NCBI GenBank assembly: GCA_013239625.1
Contig: MU054120.1
Coordinates: 310,001-374,000, forward strand
Origin: Lama guanicoe
Lineage: Eukaryota
Direction of reading: 5' to 3'
Length of the DNA: 64,000 nucleotides
The notes under the pieces are model-generated. The model had not been told where the DNA came from, ran no database searches, and saw nothing but the letters and a program-made list of their open reading frames with translations. Below are positions 37,250 through 50,403 of the stretch, in pieces. Both the position numbers and the translations under genes were made by a program. The first letter of the stretch is position 1. Every line of letters begins with the position of its first letter.

Positions 37250-37900
37250 TCCATCCGTTCATGGACATATACTGAGCACGATCTACACTCTAGTCTGAAT
37301 GTTTGTGTCCTCAAAATTCTATGTTGAAAACCTAATGCGTAAGGTGATGGTATTAACAGGCAGGGCCTTTGGCAGGTGATTAGGAATGGGGTTAGGGCAC
37401 TTACGAAAGAGGCCCCAGAGAGCTAGCTCACCTCCTCCACCATGTGAGGATAAAAGAAATCAGCGACCTGGAAGGGACCATCACCTGTCCATGCTGCCCC
37501 CCGATCAGACTTCTAGCCTCCGGAACCATAAAAGATAAATTCCTGATGTCTATGAACTGCCCAGTCCGTGGTGCTGCCCGAACGGACTGTGATAATCTAC
37601 GTGCCAGACCCTGTGTTAGGTCAGACGGCTGCAAACATGAGCACAATGTGGTCTCTAACATCAAAGAGCTCACTGACTAATTAGGGGATGCAAACCTGAC
37701 GATAAATGTGCTAAGTGACAGAACTACGTGCATGGCTTTGTGGAAACACTAAGAAAGGACAACTAACCAGCCTGAGGTAAGTGAGGTAAGTAAAGGCAGG
37801 GACAGAATCCTAGGAAAAGCAATGCTTCTTAAAGGGCAGGAAGGAACCAGTGGGCCAAGAGGACAAAGGGAGGGCTTTGCAGGCCCCAGGGTCAGGAAGA
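37250..37900 (-). mobile_element. L2 3' fragment split by MLT1A0
   Basis: 'catatactgagcacgatctac' joins 'gtgccagaccctgtgttagg...tcaaagagctcac' across the LTR. Confidence 0.6.
37287..37594 (+). mobile_element. MaLR solo LTR (MLT1A0-like)
   Basis: 'tctgaatgtttgtgtcc...ggtgatggtatta...gaggccccagagagct...ccatgtgagga...gacttctagcctcc'. Flanked by atctac at 37281-37286 and 37595-37600. Confidence 0.85.
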
Positions 37901-39689
37901 AGCACAGAAACAGATCAACGTGCGTTCATACAGGAAATGCTACGACAGCAAATTTACTTTGCAACTCTTGTTACATGGCTTCACAAAGGATGTCCTCAGC
38001 ATGCAAATGTGTAGGAAGGGGTTTGTGTTAAACTATGTTTAAGTTAAAATGAATTAACATTATAGTTTTAAAAATCTCCTGAAGAGACTTTGCCTAAGCA
38101 CCAAAATATTCTTTTTCATTGTTTTCTTTTTTTGGAGAAGACATTTAGAATATCAGGCTCCTTATCAGGCTGCCAAGATGAAAGGTGGGCATTTTCAGTT
38201 GCTAATACATCGCAGTACTTGTTTTTGATAGGGGCTGCCAATGACTTTCATTATACCTGTCAATCAAATGATAAAAAAGAAAAAAATCATTGAATAAAAT
38301 CCTACACAACTGCAAACATTTGGCATGGTAAATAGCTTGAGTAGCCAACGGTGGCATAGATCCTTGTATCTGGGTAGACAGAATCCAAGACTATTTTAGA
38401 GAAAGCACTACATTATTTTCAGAATCTCAGTCGTTTAATTTCTAGCAGCAAACTAAAAGAACAGTCACAATGTTCGAAAAATTAAATTCTAAAGCGTTTT
38501 TCTCTGAGTTCAAGCTAACTTAAGATATTATTTCAAATGACAAAAAAGGGACATTCACCAAAATTTAAACAGAATGTGTAAGTTGAAATAATAAAATCCT
38601 CCCCAACCAAAAACCAAACATTAAAAACAAAGAGCAAATCACAAATTTCCTTTTGGTCTGCTTACTAATTGTATGGGTCCAATGCCTCCTTTGTTTCTAG
38701 CAACAGTCCTGAGTTTCCTTACAAGCATTTACATTTGGCACAAGGCTGAAATACGGGTTAGTGTCTGTCGATGCTGTTTCAAGTGGAGATGGGAACTGCA
38801 AGCTCAGGATGAGAATGGGCCACTGACAATGGTGACAGTTCTCTGTGGACAGCACTGCCTTTGCTGCATCACTTTGGGTATACCGCATGGCTTCAACTCT
38901 CCCACCATCGCAAAGTTTGTATCGTAGTTTTAGGGGGTTTTTTGTGTTTGTTTTTTTGCATATAAACAGTAACAGCTCTGAGAATATTACAACAGGAAGA
39001 CAAGACAGGAACACAACAATGCACCGTCTGCAGCAAATGAGAACTAATGGAGCTAGCTAAAAACTTACTTCCAGGAAAGTGAATGATAAAATCAGAGAAA
39101 GATGGTAAGAATCACAGATGTGTTATGAAAAATTAGCTTTCAACTCCTGAATCATATCTTGGAGATACTTGGACTCTTCGGAAAATAAAATCAACAAATA
39201 TTGTTAAAGGCTTCAAAGTCAAAGCCCACGAGCTACAAGGGTTACAAAATTTGCTCAGGTGTGTATTACTGAGTTGATACCTCTCAATGATAGCTAAAAA
39301 CTGGACTAGATTGTAAGCTACCAAATCAACATTCAGTGCTGAAATAAGAACTAACTGAGCTAATTCAGATCATGTCAACAACCAAGGTATAATGCAACTC
39401 ATGTGTTGATAGAAAAGGTCCAGAAATATGTAATAACCCATTAGGGCAGATGAATAAAACCTTTGCTGTTCTTATAATTTGATAGTCATACAAGTACTAT
39501 GTTTTCTGTGTTAATTATAAGCAGACATGACTATCAGAGGTGATAGTCTGCTTTTTGGAAAACGATAAACTTCTTTTCTAAAGGATTATTATGGGAGAGG
39601 TTTCAGTATTTATGCTTGATGGATTGGAGAAAATATTCAGGTAATGCTTAATTCTAAGATATCCAAGAATTGCTTGTAGAATATTTAAG

Positions 39690-39880
39690 AATATTTAAGT
39701 GTTAGAATCTGTCTTTCCTTAGACCAACCGCTAATAAATTATGTGAAATTGGAAAATTTAGTTAACCTCTGAAAATCAAGGTTCCTTCCTTTCCAAAACA
39801 GAAATACCTCATAGGTCACTGAAAGAATAAAATTACATGCTATTTGTGGACAGCTTAGCACCTAATGACACATAGCACAA
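39690..39880 (+). mobile_element. MIR
   Basis: 'tatgtgaaattggaaaatttagttaacctctg...atacctcatagg...gcttagcac'. Confidence 0.5.
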
Positions 39881-42800
39881 TTAATTGTATTTCTTTTCAG
39901 AAAAAAAGATATTAACCCATTGGAATACAACAGAAAAGAGACTATTGCTAAAAGCTTTATTTAAAAAAATTCTTTGTCTAGAATTGTAGTTCCTATAAAA
40001 TGAGAATCACAAGATTGGAAAATAAAGGCAATTAAAAAAAAAAAGGAACAACCATAACAACAAAATCCATTTTTATTTATAGGGGAAACGCTAAGATAGA
40101 AAGATGAGGGAGGAAGCAGAGAAAGAGGATGATCAAAGAGCCGGGAAAGGACTAGCCACTATAAAAATATCAGATTATTATAGTCAAAGTATTTGGGGAA
40201 AAAGGTCCTCTTGTCCCCAAATGCATTCTGTTAGTGTCCTTTGAGCCTTAGCCATCTATGCAGGCTACTACAGATCAGAGATTAATATTTCAAGGTATCC
40301 TAAATGTATATACTTTTAAAAATTATTGTATTTGTGATACATCTCTTTCGTTGGCTTTTAACATGCACACAAAAAGAAAACAGGAGCTGCTCCCTTTACG
40401 AAGGATAATCTGAGGCTGAAACAAAGATAACTTTTCTACTAAACCAGAAAAGACTGGAGTCACAATCGAGTGGTGTGACGTGGTGACAGTGTCTTCTCTA
40501 ATTCTCAAAAGGTGAAAGCTGAATATTCCTAACCGTTAGTATGTCTCAATTTTCTGTATTAAAAAAAAAAAAAGAATAAAAAGGTCAGTGGTACTTGCCT
40601 GGCACAGACCCATGTTGGAAAGAGGAAAAAAATTTCCTAGGCTGTTCAAAACCAGAAATTATTTTCTTATACTTTACATACCATCTGAAAAGTAATGTAT
40701 TAAGTCTGTGTGCTCAGAGAGTAACCTTTGGGTTAACACAGTGAGTCTGGTGCTGCACGAGAGCTGAACTCTCTTAAATCCGTGTAGTCAAATTCATAAC
40801 AATATATATCCAAGTGGATATCACCTGTTAAGTTAATTAAACAAGAAGGCCGTTAGACGGTGGTGGCTGTAATGCTGTGGACGTCTATATAAGCAAACCG
40901 AAGTCCAAGCCTGTAAGCGCCTCATGGTTATGAAATCAAAACGCCGCGGAAAATCAATCCCCCACGGCCAACAAGGCTTTAAGCGGCAGCCAGTCAGTAA
41001 TCCCCTCAGTTTGCTTCTGCTTTTTCTCTGCAAAAGTCTCCCCCCAAGCACCTGCAGAGGGAGTGTTCCTAACCACTTCCTGTTTGACATTCATTTCAAT
41101 AAATTTTTGCCCAAATTCTTAAAAATGTTCATATGTCTCAGTTTACCTTTTAACATACCTAATGTCTCTTCAGCTGGGTTTGTCCAGCACCCCTGTAATT
41201 CTGAAAGTAACAATATCCAATTATAAATTTCTATTCTGTATACATATTTTGTCACCAAATACAAGAGAAGCACATAGTCTGAATCCTCTGTAGAATAAGG
41301 CCTGGAAACACTTTGTTCCATGCATTAGCAAAAAAGAGAGTGATCATTTAACCTCAAATTTTAATAAGGAAGATATTCTAAATCAAAGATTTCCCTCTCT
41401 GTTCCTTGACATTAAGGCTGGGGAAAATAAGCTCGTTGGAGGGAAAAGGACATATTCACGTTTAACTTCTCGGAATTATCATTATTCTACGTAGGTCTTA
41501 AATTAGAACTTACACAGTCTTGATCATTTTACCTCATGGCCTCATGAAGCTTGAGCTTCGTGTGTTTGAAAACTGTTTAATTGGTTTTTGATAGAAAAAA
41601 ATGAAAATCTAAGGAGAGCAAAACTCACATTCAGCACTCCTTCCACAGCTGTGTCAAAGTAAGTGCTGTTTGATTGACATTTGTGGAGTAATGTTTAAAT
41701 ATTTAAATAGGTTATGGTAGAAGACGTGACTATTTCTAAGTATGCACTTAAAATGAATCTTTCTGAATAATACTGATTTCTAGTATGTCATGATTAACCT
41801 ATGGCAAGAACCTGGAACAGGAACGTTTGAGGACTTAACAGTTTCTGCGGATGGTATCCAGGCTGCCTTCCTCTAAAGGAGGACATGATGGTGGAGCACT
41901 GGGAAATTCAGCAGCTTAAACATATGAGAAATCTACAGGGATTCTCTCAGGGAAATATGTTTTTCTGATGGGCAGATGAAATCAAGTCACAAACGTTCCC
42001 TTTGCCACCTCTGGATTACACAAGAGTCTTCAGTCTCCACATCCAAAAAATTAGAAACAGTCTGCAGAGTAGGTAGATTTCGGGAAATTCTAACACAGCT
42101 CCTTGCAAACTCTTCATGAACTTTCCTACTGTGTACTTGACACATGGATTTTCAAACTACAAAAAAAATGAGTTTCAAATGGATGAAAAATGCATGAATT
42201 TATTTCTAGATTATTAAGTGAAAAAGTGGTGTGCACAGGTAATTAATTAGCAAAGGACCCTTTCACATTCTCCGATGGTAAAAGCGTTTGAGCACTCGTT
42301 TACTGGGCTGCATGATTTGTAGTGTGTTCTGCCGTAAGCTCACTTTGTACACCAAACTGAGGAATTTATTTCAGCCAAATCGCCAATGGAAAGAGAATTG
42401 AGGAAATAAGTCACAAAGGCAATGTTAATAAGGGGCAGAAATTCAAGCTCTGATAGCACATTTTGTACCTGGATACAGCAGAGAACTTTCCAATTAGAGC
42501 CGGCAAGTAGAAAGCTGATAACTCCCAGCTGAGATTTACAGGGAGCGGTCAGCAGCCTGTAATGAGAATTTGGAGCACATACATCGGCTGTAACACCTTT
42601 AGTATAAGTATAGTTTCTAATGGCAAAAGCTAATGGCTCCATGACAATAATAAGTAAGAGTGAAAGAATATTCCAGCCTGAGGCCTCAGAAAAAGAACTC
42701 TTGGCGGCATTGATAAGATTTTCACTAACACTCGACGAAGGAGTAGTCCTAAAGTGCATCAGCTGCCCCGAAGTAAGGGAAATCACAACAGGCAAGGAAC

Positions 42801-43099
42801 AACCTTGCGGTTGAATTCCACCCTTTCCTCAATGGGATTCACACTCAGGCATGTCCTCACTGGGCGGGGGGGGGAACGGAGGAAAGGAAGGAAAGCCCTG
42901 CTCACAGTCCCATCACTCACTGTACATCATTCAGTAACATTTAAAAGTAAGTAACACTTAAAAGCACTGGAATTCACGTTTTTGTGTGTGCACCTCCCAG
43001 GATAATCTCGGAGCACTCGCAATGTGTACCGTGGGTATGGTGACACCTGGAGCCGTGCCCCGCACAATCTACAAGGTCATTTACAGGCAGCCTTGAAGC

Positions 43100-43320
43100 C
43101 GTTATTTAAGAGCACGGACTCAGAGCTGGCAGATCTGGAATCAAGTGATCCTAACCATGTGACTGTGGGCAAGTTAACGAACCTGCTTAAGTTTAGTTTC
43201 CATCTCTATAAAATGGGGATCATAATATTAACCTCCACCAAGGATTACTCAGCAAGCAATGCCAAAAAACACATAGGACACTGCCTGGCAGATGTTAGTG
43301 AGCTGTAAAATCCAACTGTT
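43100..43320 (+). mobile_element. MIR
   Basis: 'atgtgactgtgggcaagttaacgaacct...ttagtttccatctctataaaatggggatcataata'. Confidence 0.7.
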
Positions 43321-43754
43321 TAATTTGTTATTATGACCACATACCAACTTCTGTACTAAATGCCGCAAAAGTAAATGGAGCAAAAATATATGGAGCTACA
43401 TGCTGTTGAAGCTTATTGACTGTGAGACACAGGAATTTTAGAGCTTAAACTCTACTGCTAAACATCAATCAACCATATCACCGGTATTTAACCTTTACCA
43501 TGAAAATGGACTGCATACAACATGACGTGCCTTTGTCATCTCATACTAGGCGTGTCTGAGGTCTCATACTCAAATGTATCTGCAAACTTCGTGGCAACCA
43601 CAGCACACAAATTGCACGTCTCCAAGTGCTATAGCTTCCCTAAAGCCCAAGAAAATAGAATAAAGCAGGGTAGGAGCAGGGTAGAGTAGAACCGCTAACA
43701 GCAAATACAAACAGCACACTGAAGTATTAACCAAGAAGAGAGCCTAATTTCATA

Positions 43755-43830
43755 AAAAAAAATATATATACACACATACATACATATATGTATGTGTATA
43801 TAAGTATAAATATATATTATATATATTACA
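43755..43830. repeat. A/(TA)n/(CA)n low-complexity tract
   Basis: Read directly from the sequence. Confidence 0.85.
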
Positions 43831-44239
43831 ATCACATTGTCGTTTTTTTTGAGCATTTGCAACAAGCAAGACATCCTTGGAAATCCTGTCATATCCACCC
43901 TAAGACTGGCAGCAGAATTATTATTCTTCAGCGTAGCCAAGGTCAAGGATTCGGTATATTACGAACAGCAGCAGCCATCCCTTACTTTTAGGTAACTTTC
44001 ATACAAACCCTTCCTCTTCCTGATGCCACTGCCTACCAGCCCATTAACCACAGTAGTTTCTTTCCACAGCTCTCCCTCCAAGTCTTACTTCCCAGGTGTG
44101 TCTCAGCCCAAATTACACTGCCCAGATGACACCTGTATTTGGTTGCTACCTTTCAGATGAATCCCATCACACTGCTGCTGGTTCCTCTTGGCATTTTACA
44201 ACTGAAAGAGAAATATACTGAGTTATTCCAGTGAGACTG

Positions 44240-44600
44240 CAGTGGCTCTTAACCTGGGCTCTTGTGTTTTCCAGGGGATGTCTGGCACTATCTGGAGACT
44301 TGTTTGGCTGTCACAGCTGGGAGGGTGCTACTGGCGTCCAGTGGGCGGAGGCATTGCCAGGAGTGTGGCGGGCAAGGGAGGTGCCTAGGGCTCAAAATTT
44401 AAGGAGGCACTCACTCACTTTTAGGGTCGTCCAGATGCAAGATTAAAGGTTGCATGGCCCCGGGAGTGAGTGCCTCCTTAAATGCCATTGCTTCCCTGCC
44501 TCCCTTGCCTCCCAGCCCTGGGTTGAGGCCAGGGTTGCCTCCAAACACCCTCAAAAGAAAGGAATTATCCAGTCCCAGATACTGAGGCTGAGAAACCCAG
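44240..44600 (+). mobile_element. MER20 hAT-Charlie, split by MER96
   Basis: 'cagtggctcttaacctggg...tctggagacttgtttggctgtcacagctggg...gtgctactggcgtccagtggg', resuming 'gaggccaggg...gaattatccag...gaggctgagaaaccc'. Confidence 0.85.
44352..44520. mobile_element. MER96-like palindromic hAT MITE
   Basis: Perfect 20-bp inverted repeat at 44397-44416 and 44464-44483. Imperfect 8-bp TSD ggcggagg / ggttgagg. Confidence 0.85.
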
Positions 44601-44899
44601 ATTGGTTTAAAGAAAATCAGGGTTAGAAATTTGATTCCCTCTATTTTCCACTTAGAGTTACAAATTTAAAATCATATGTTGTTAAGTAGCTCTAATAGTG
44701 AAATCATAGCAAATTCCACCATTTAGCTTGAATCCATTCTGCTCCCATCCACGTGGCCTATAGTGAAGCTAAATTAACTTGACCCTGTCCTTCCTGGCCC
44801 TTGAACTTAGGCCCCTTTGTAACTAGTCTCCCCTCTGCTGGCAAATCTTTCACTCACCCCGTGTACCTCTAAGGCCCAGATGCGAAGGCATCTTCCATC

Positions 44900-45140
44900 G
44901 AAATGTGGCTCCTCCCTTCTTAGATTTGCCTCCTCTCCTGTGTATCTCTCTGTGCCCTGTATTACACTAGAGTCACTTATGTGCTTTCTAAATGCTCCCC
45001 GTCCCTGCCCCTCTCCACACACACTTATTTAACCTCCTTATGGTCACGAACCAGGTTTTCTTTATATTTACTTTCCCAACAATCTTTATGTAGAGCAGTG
45101 CTTTGAACACGGAACGTACTCAACGTATGTTTTAAATGGA
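44900..45140 (+). mobile_element. L2 3' terminus
   Basis: 'tagagcagtgctttgaacacggaacgtactcaacgtatgttttaaatggat'. Confidence 0.5.
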
Positions 45141-46079
45141 TCCATGAGGCAGGTGCACACAGTAACGCACAGCAGCATGATCTGCAGCACTCCTTGGCGG
45201 CTACCTGAATCTAAATCCGCCATCACGTTGTGAGGCCTTCTTGAACCCAGTGCCGATTTTCTTTCCCTCAGAGATGTCTCCGTTTATTTCAAGTTTGTTA
45301 TCCCAGAATTCCTGAGGTTTGTGTTCAGGAGGTAACTTCCTTGACATTTTGCTACAAACAAAGGTACACAATGAAATGTATTTTCTTCCCAAAGGCCTAT
45401 TTGAGCAGCAGCAAAGAGCTCACGAGTTTGCCTGAGCCACGCACCAAAACTCAGGAAGTGAAGAAACAGCCTCGTAGCAGGTCAAACTCTTCGGGAAGCC
45501 AAACTGATGCAGCGTGAAAATGCCATTTCCATCAGTATCTGCCTCACCTTCAGCCTTAAAACTAGTCCGGAACTTTCCTAATTTTGCATTTTAACCAAAA
45601 ATAAGCTAAGACTACTTAAGTAATCAATTCCTCACTACTAACATCTCCTATTGAAAAAAATACAATACATATACAATTAAATTTTTCAGCTATTTGTCCT
45701 TGAAACAAGGGTAATATATTTTATGTTTCTAAATATGTGACTTGACAAAAAGGAAACTGAAGGCCTTCCCCCATGGATACCAAGAATCCACTGATTTTAA
45801 TCATTTTATCCTTTTATCACAAAATCAGCTTAACCTTTAGCACCTGGAAAGACACAATTCTAATCTGACAAGTTTGTTATGAAACAGTTATTGTGAAAAA
45901 ATAACTCTATTGAAGATTAAATGCATGTATATTCCATCAACATGGTAACTTCCAAAACCTGAGGTCACAGCTACTATGTTAGGTTTTCTCACAGCGCTAC
46001 TTGACTCCATGCTAAGTAAGAATGCTTTTCACTGTTTGGTCCACAGTCTTTGGTTGGGAGGAAGGAGCTGACTTGTCTG

Positions 46080-46230
46080 GAATGCACAGTACAACCCAGC
46101 TCCATGTACGTTGCATTTGACACCTGTAACAATCCTGCTAAGACAGGTTTTACCACCCACCTTTTGCAGATGAGGAAACAGCTCCAAAGAGGTTTAGCAA
46201 AGTGCCAATTTTCCTAACACCAGTAAACAG
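46080..46230 (-). mobile_element. MIR
   Basis: 'aacaatcctg...ccaccttttgcagatgaggaaacagctccaaagaggtttagcaa'. Confidence 0.6.
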
Positions 46231-46559
46231 TGCTCCTTAAGTATTATCTTCCAACTATGGCGGACTACCACCACCTGAAGAATATTCTGGATTACATTTT
46301 AACCTACAAAAGGCAGAAAATCTGCACATATTTTGAGTGTTCCACCAGTGAACCAATCTATGCCACTGGACGTGAAGCATAATAATGTTCCAGGTCAAGC
46401 AAGGACCGTGAGCGTCCCCAGGAGGAAACGCACCCCCTCAAAGGAAAGTGGCCAAAGCAGGAGGCCATCGGCCTGCTGGGTGCTCAGTGATGTATGAAAA
46501 GAGCAGGAAGGGAGGGTCCGGAGGAAGCACGATTCCCACAGAGTCCACCCAGCTCCCCA

Positions 46560-46960
46560 CTCCTTTGTTCCTTGTTTCAACAATCAACGATTGTTGCACA
46601 TAGTGGGCCCACTATGGACAAGGCACTTCAGGGACTCTTGTATTGCACAGAAACGTGTAAACATGTTTTTCTTCAAAAAGCTTACATGCAATGCATAAGA
46701 CGTTAAAAAGCAGGATAATATAAAGTGAGTTTCAAAAGCATTATTCAATCAGTGAGTGCTATAAAAATTCGAAAGGGAAGACAGATTATTCTAACTGAGG
46801 TCTTCAGGATGGACAGCATTAAAAAGGGTGGAATTTGAGCTTCCCTTGAAGGACAGGCTAAAATATTGATAGGTTCAGGCTGTCAAAGAAAAAAATATTA
46901 AACTGAGAGATCAAAAGTTTGGGTACCAAAAGGCATATAGCATTATTTGGGGAATGACAG
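46560..46960 (-). mobile_element. L2 fragment
   Basis: 'ttcaacaatca...ccactatggacaaggcact' and 'ggtggaatttgagcttcccttgaagga'. Confidence 0.5.
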
Positions 46961-47349
46961 TAAAATGTGAAGTTTAAGAAATTCTACATAGACACACATT
47001 CTTAAATGCTTGGAAGCAGAAGGTTTTTATAACAACAACTTAGGAATACCATCAACTACTTCCATTTTAAAGTTGCTTGTAAAAATGAATATGTTTTCTT
47101 TCATTTTATTACTTATGAGTAGATAAATTTTGTAGTTTAATATATAATATGTACATTGGTCATGATATAATATTTTAACTTTCGGAAGAGCATATCATTT
47201 TAATAGGCATGTAGCTTCTGGATAAAAGTTTGATTATCATTTGGGAAATATGAGTTCTCCAAGTATTGTTTTATCTTTGTATAATGCAGAAATGGAGACA
47301 AGAAGGGGTTCAAGAAGGCCTCATAACATGGTGGCAGTTAGATGAAAAA

Positions 47350-47758
47350 TGCTATGGATTGAATGTTTGTGTTCCCCCCAAATTCACATGTGTAAGGTCT
47401 AATCCCCAAATGATGATATTAGGAAGTGGGACCTTTGGGAGGTAATTAGGTTCAGCTGAGGTGATGGGTGAGGTGGTCCTCATGATGGGATTAGTGCCCT
47501 TATAAGAAGAGACCAGAAAGGTCTATTTCCTCCCCCTCCCCAGCTCCCGCTCCCAATCTCCACCACGCACCTGTGTGCACCATGTGAGGGCACAGAAAGA
47601 TGGCCGTCTGCAAGCCAGGAGCAGGGCTCTTACCAGAAACCAAGTTAGCCAGCACCTGATCTTGGACTTCCCAGTCTCCAGATTCTTAAGAAATAATTGT
47701 CTGTGGTTTGTCACTGATTTAAGGTATTTTATGATAAGAGCCCAAGCTGACTAAGACA
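47350..47758 (+). mobile_element. Full-length MaLR solo LTR (MLT1A-like)
   Basis: 'tgctatggattgaatgtttgtg...tgggattagtgcccttataagaagagac...cttggacttcccag...gctgactaagaca' with TG...CA termini. Confidence 0.9.
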
Positions 47759-47919
47759 GAGAAATGGTAAATAGACCAGCTAACAAACAACTTGACCTCC
47801 AAGTCATATAAAGGAAGACAGAAAAAAGTCTTTCGAGAATCGATGTAGTCTTGGAAAATTATTTTGATCTCTAATCTAAGGATGGAAAATTTTAATCTGA
47901 ATGCTGGGTGGGACACAAT

Positions 47920-48950
47920 TAATTGATTCATTTATTTATTCTGTGATTATTTATTGAAGACCCACCACATGGTAGGCCCTAAAAGCTAGGTGCTAGGTTA
48001 AAATACACATAGACACACAAAGAATATGATGTGTTTTTTCCTTCACTACAGAGTAGAGGAGACAGATATATAAGCATATAATTGCAGTCAAATGTGCTGA
48101 AAGCTCCAGGGTAGATCAAGTTCCCATGAAAACAATAAATGCTTCTCCCATGGGCCTCGGGCATGACTTCACAGAGGAAATGACAACTGAACTGAGTCCT
48201 GAGAGACACGCAGTTAGAGGAGGAGGTCTGATAAATCATTTCGGATACAAAGAGCAGAGGCGTCAAAGACAGATTCCTGAGCGAGGAGATGACGGCCTGA
48301 ATCACTGGGTGCATGATCAGAGGGGGCAGGAATCGAGACTGAAAACACGTGGTGGTGCCTGCCAGTAAAAGGACAGCAGTAAAGAGAAGTCAATGTAGGT
48401 TTTTAAGCAGGAGAAGGGTATGATTAGATTGTTTTTTCTGTAAAATTGCTTTCAGGGCAACGTGGAGAATTACAAACCAGAGCAGAGAGGGCTGTGGAGT
48501 CATTCAGGTGAAAGAGTAAAGATCTCAACTAATGGTAACAGGGATGGAAAAAAGATGTTGGATTCAAGGATACATCTCGAGTCTTAAGGGTCTGATGAAA
48601 ATTTGGATGTACTAGGTGGTAAGAAATGTCAAGAATGACCCTGGTGTTTCCAAAGTGGAAGACTGGGTGGGTATCAATGGATTTGCGATACTGACACAGA
48701 GTGGACGAAAGAACATCATACAGGCAAGAGCCTCGCGGGCCTGCAGCAAGAGATCGGGTGGGGGAAGGGCTGTAGATCTAGAAACCATCAGCTTACAGGG
48801 CTGAGCTGCAACTCTGAAGACAGACCTGTCACTGACATTATGAGTACGGAAAGGAAAAAAGCAGAGCTTTCAGAAACAAACAGTGTTAGGTGACGGAAAA
48901 AGCGAAGTCTGGGAAAGAGACCACGATAGGGAGGCAGGTTGTCTAACTGT
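47920..48950 (-). mobile_element. L2 3' region
   Basis: 'ttcatttatttatt...tttattgaagaccc', 'gacttcacagaggaaatgacaactgaactgag', 'ggtttttaagcagg' and 'gtcaagaatgacc'. Confidence 0.7.
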
Positions 48951-49959
48951 ATAAAAACGTCCGCAGAAGAGCAGGAACTGAGTAAAGATGACACATTTAT
49001 CCACAGAAAGTCCCCATATTTAATCTTACTTCCTCTGAAGCTCTGTGGGCAAAAGTATTTCATCACTTAAAGGTAAGAAGTCTTTCCTCCGGAAGCAAAT
49101 TTCTCTCTAGCAAAATTAATGACAAACATCAGACATAAAAATATAAATAAAAGGAATCAAAAGACTGGTACGAACACACAGATCTAGATAACTGCACGAT
49201 AACACAGTTTATGTAAGAAAAGGGTGTGTGCTTTATACAGCACAAAAACCCTAAATAGTGGCCTAACATATTTCACGTACCTCTGAAAGAATTTATTTTT
49301 TGTAATTAAAGGCAAAAAAATTAAAGGATTTTTTTTTCATCCTTGAGGTTGTGGCATAATGCCACAGGAAATTATTTCTGGTTTAATTCACCAGTTGTGC
49401 ACAAATTCTCTTGGGTTCCAAGGTCAATGCACGAAGCATTGCTTGGCGCAAGCGATACGAGACCTGTGGGGAACTGCGAGATTGGCTTCCTTCCTGATGC
49501 GGGAAAAGTTTTATTTACAAGACAACTCAGCTGTGAAACTGAAGTCATAAATGAATTAATTTATACACTCTGCATTTAAAGGTCAAATACTTTTAGCAAC
49601 TTCTCTCCATGTTCTCAAGAGTAGAAAAAAAACAAATAGTACTTACATTATTATTTATATTATTATATGCTATAAGAGCAGAGTCTCTTGTTGGTACACA
49701 CAGAACTCCCACATAAAATATATTTAGATGGAAAGCCTAAATATGTTTTACTCCATGGCAAAGGAATGAAAACTGTCCTGGTTACAATCTGCATCCCTTT
49801 CGTTTTTACCGGACTTGTTTTCCTTGTTACTCAGTCTGTCCAAATTGTCATCAGCTGTTGAGTCTGAAAATCTGGAGGCAAAACTCTAATTTCCGGGGTG
49901 GATTCTAATACACTGATGGCAATATAGTCATTTCTGTGACATGACTGGTTGCTGGCAAG

Positions 49960-50190
49960 CAGCGGGAAGCGTTTGGAACATGGATTCAGGACTCCCATGT
50001 TTGAGTCAGGCTCTCCTCCATATCTATTATGTGAGTGGAGTAAGTCACTTTAAGTCCCTGAGCCTCAGTTGTATTCATCCGTGAAATGGAGAGAAGTATC
50101 GCATTGACACTTCCACCTCACTCACGTGACAAGATGAATCAATGAAAACACTGTGCTGACGGTAAAAGACTATACAGATGAAATCACTGT
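49960..50190 (+). mobile_element. MIR
   Basis: 'aagtcactttaagtccctgagcctcagttgtattcatccgtgaaatgg'. Confidence 0.65.
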
Positions 50191-50297
50191 TAGTTTTATG
50201 TGTTCATTTTTAAGTTACCAAGGGCCTGGAAATAACCCAGAACATAATTGAATGTATTAATTTGTGGGGAATTAGGTTGAATCCAGACTTTCACTTT

Positions 50298-50403
50298 TTC
50301 TTTTTTGAGGGAGGGGTTAGGTAATTAGGTTTATTGATTTACTTATTTATTTTAATGCAGGGACTGGGGATTGAACCCAGGGCTTGAGCTGTACCTTCCC
50401 CCT
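50298..50403 (-). mobile_element. Vic-1-like SINE with internal deletion
   Basis: Tail 'aggtaattaggtttatt'. 'ggggattgaacccagg' is joined almost directly to 'gagctgtaccttcccc'. Imperfect TSD agactttcacttt / agccttccacttt. Confidence 0.85.

Noticed and set aside
42340..42795. Longest ORF (151 aa, minus strand) as a protein-coding gene
   Set aside because: Non-ATG start, no recognisable domain and no convincing splice sites; this length can arise by chance in 64 kb.
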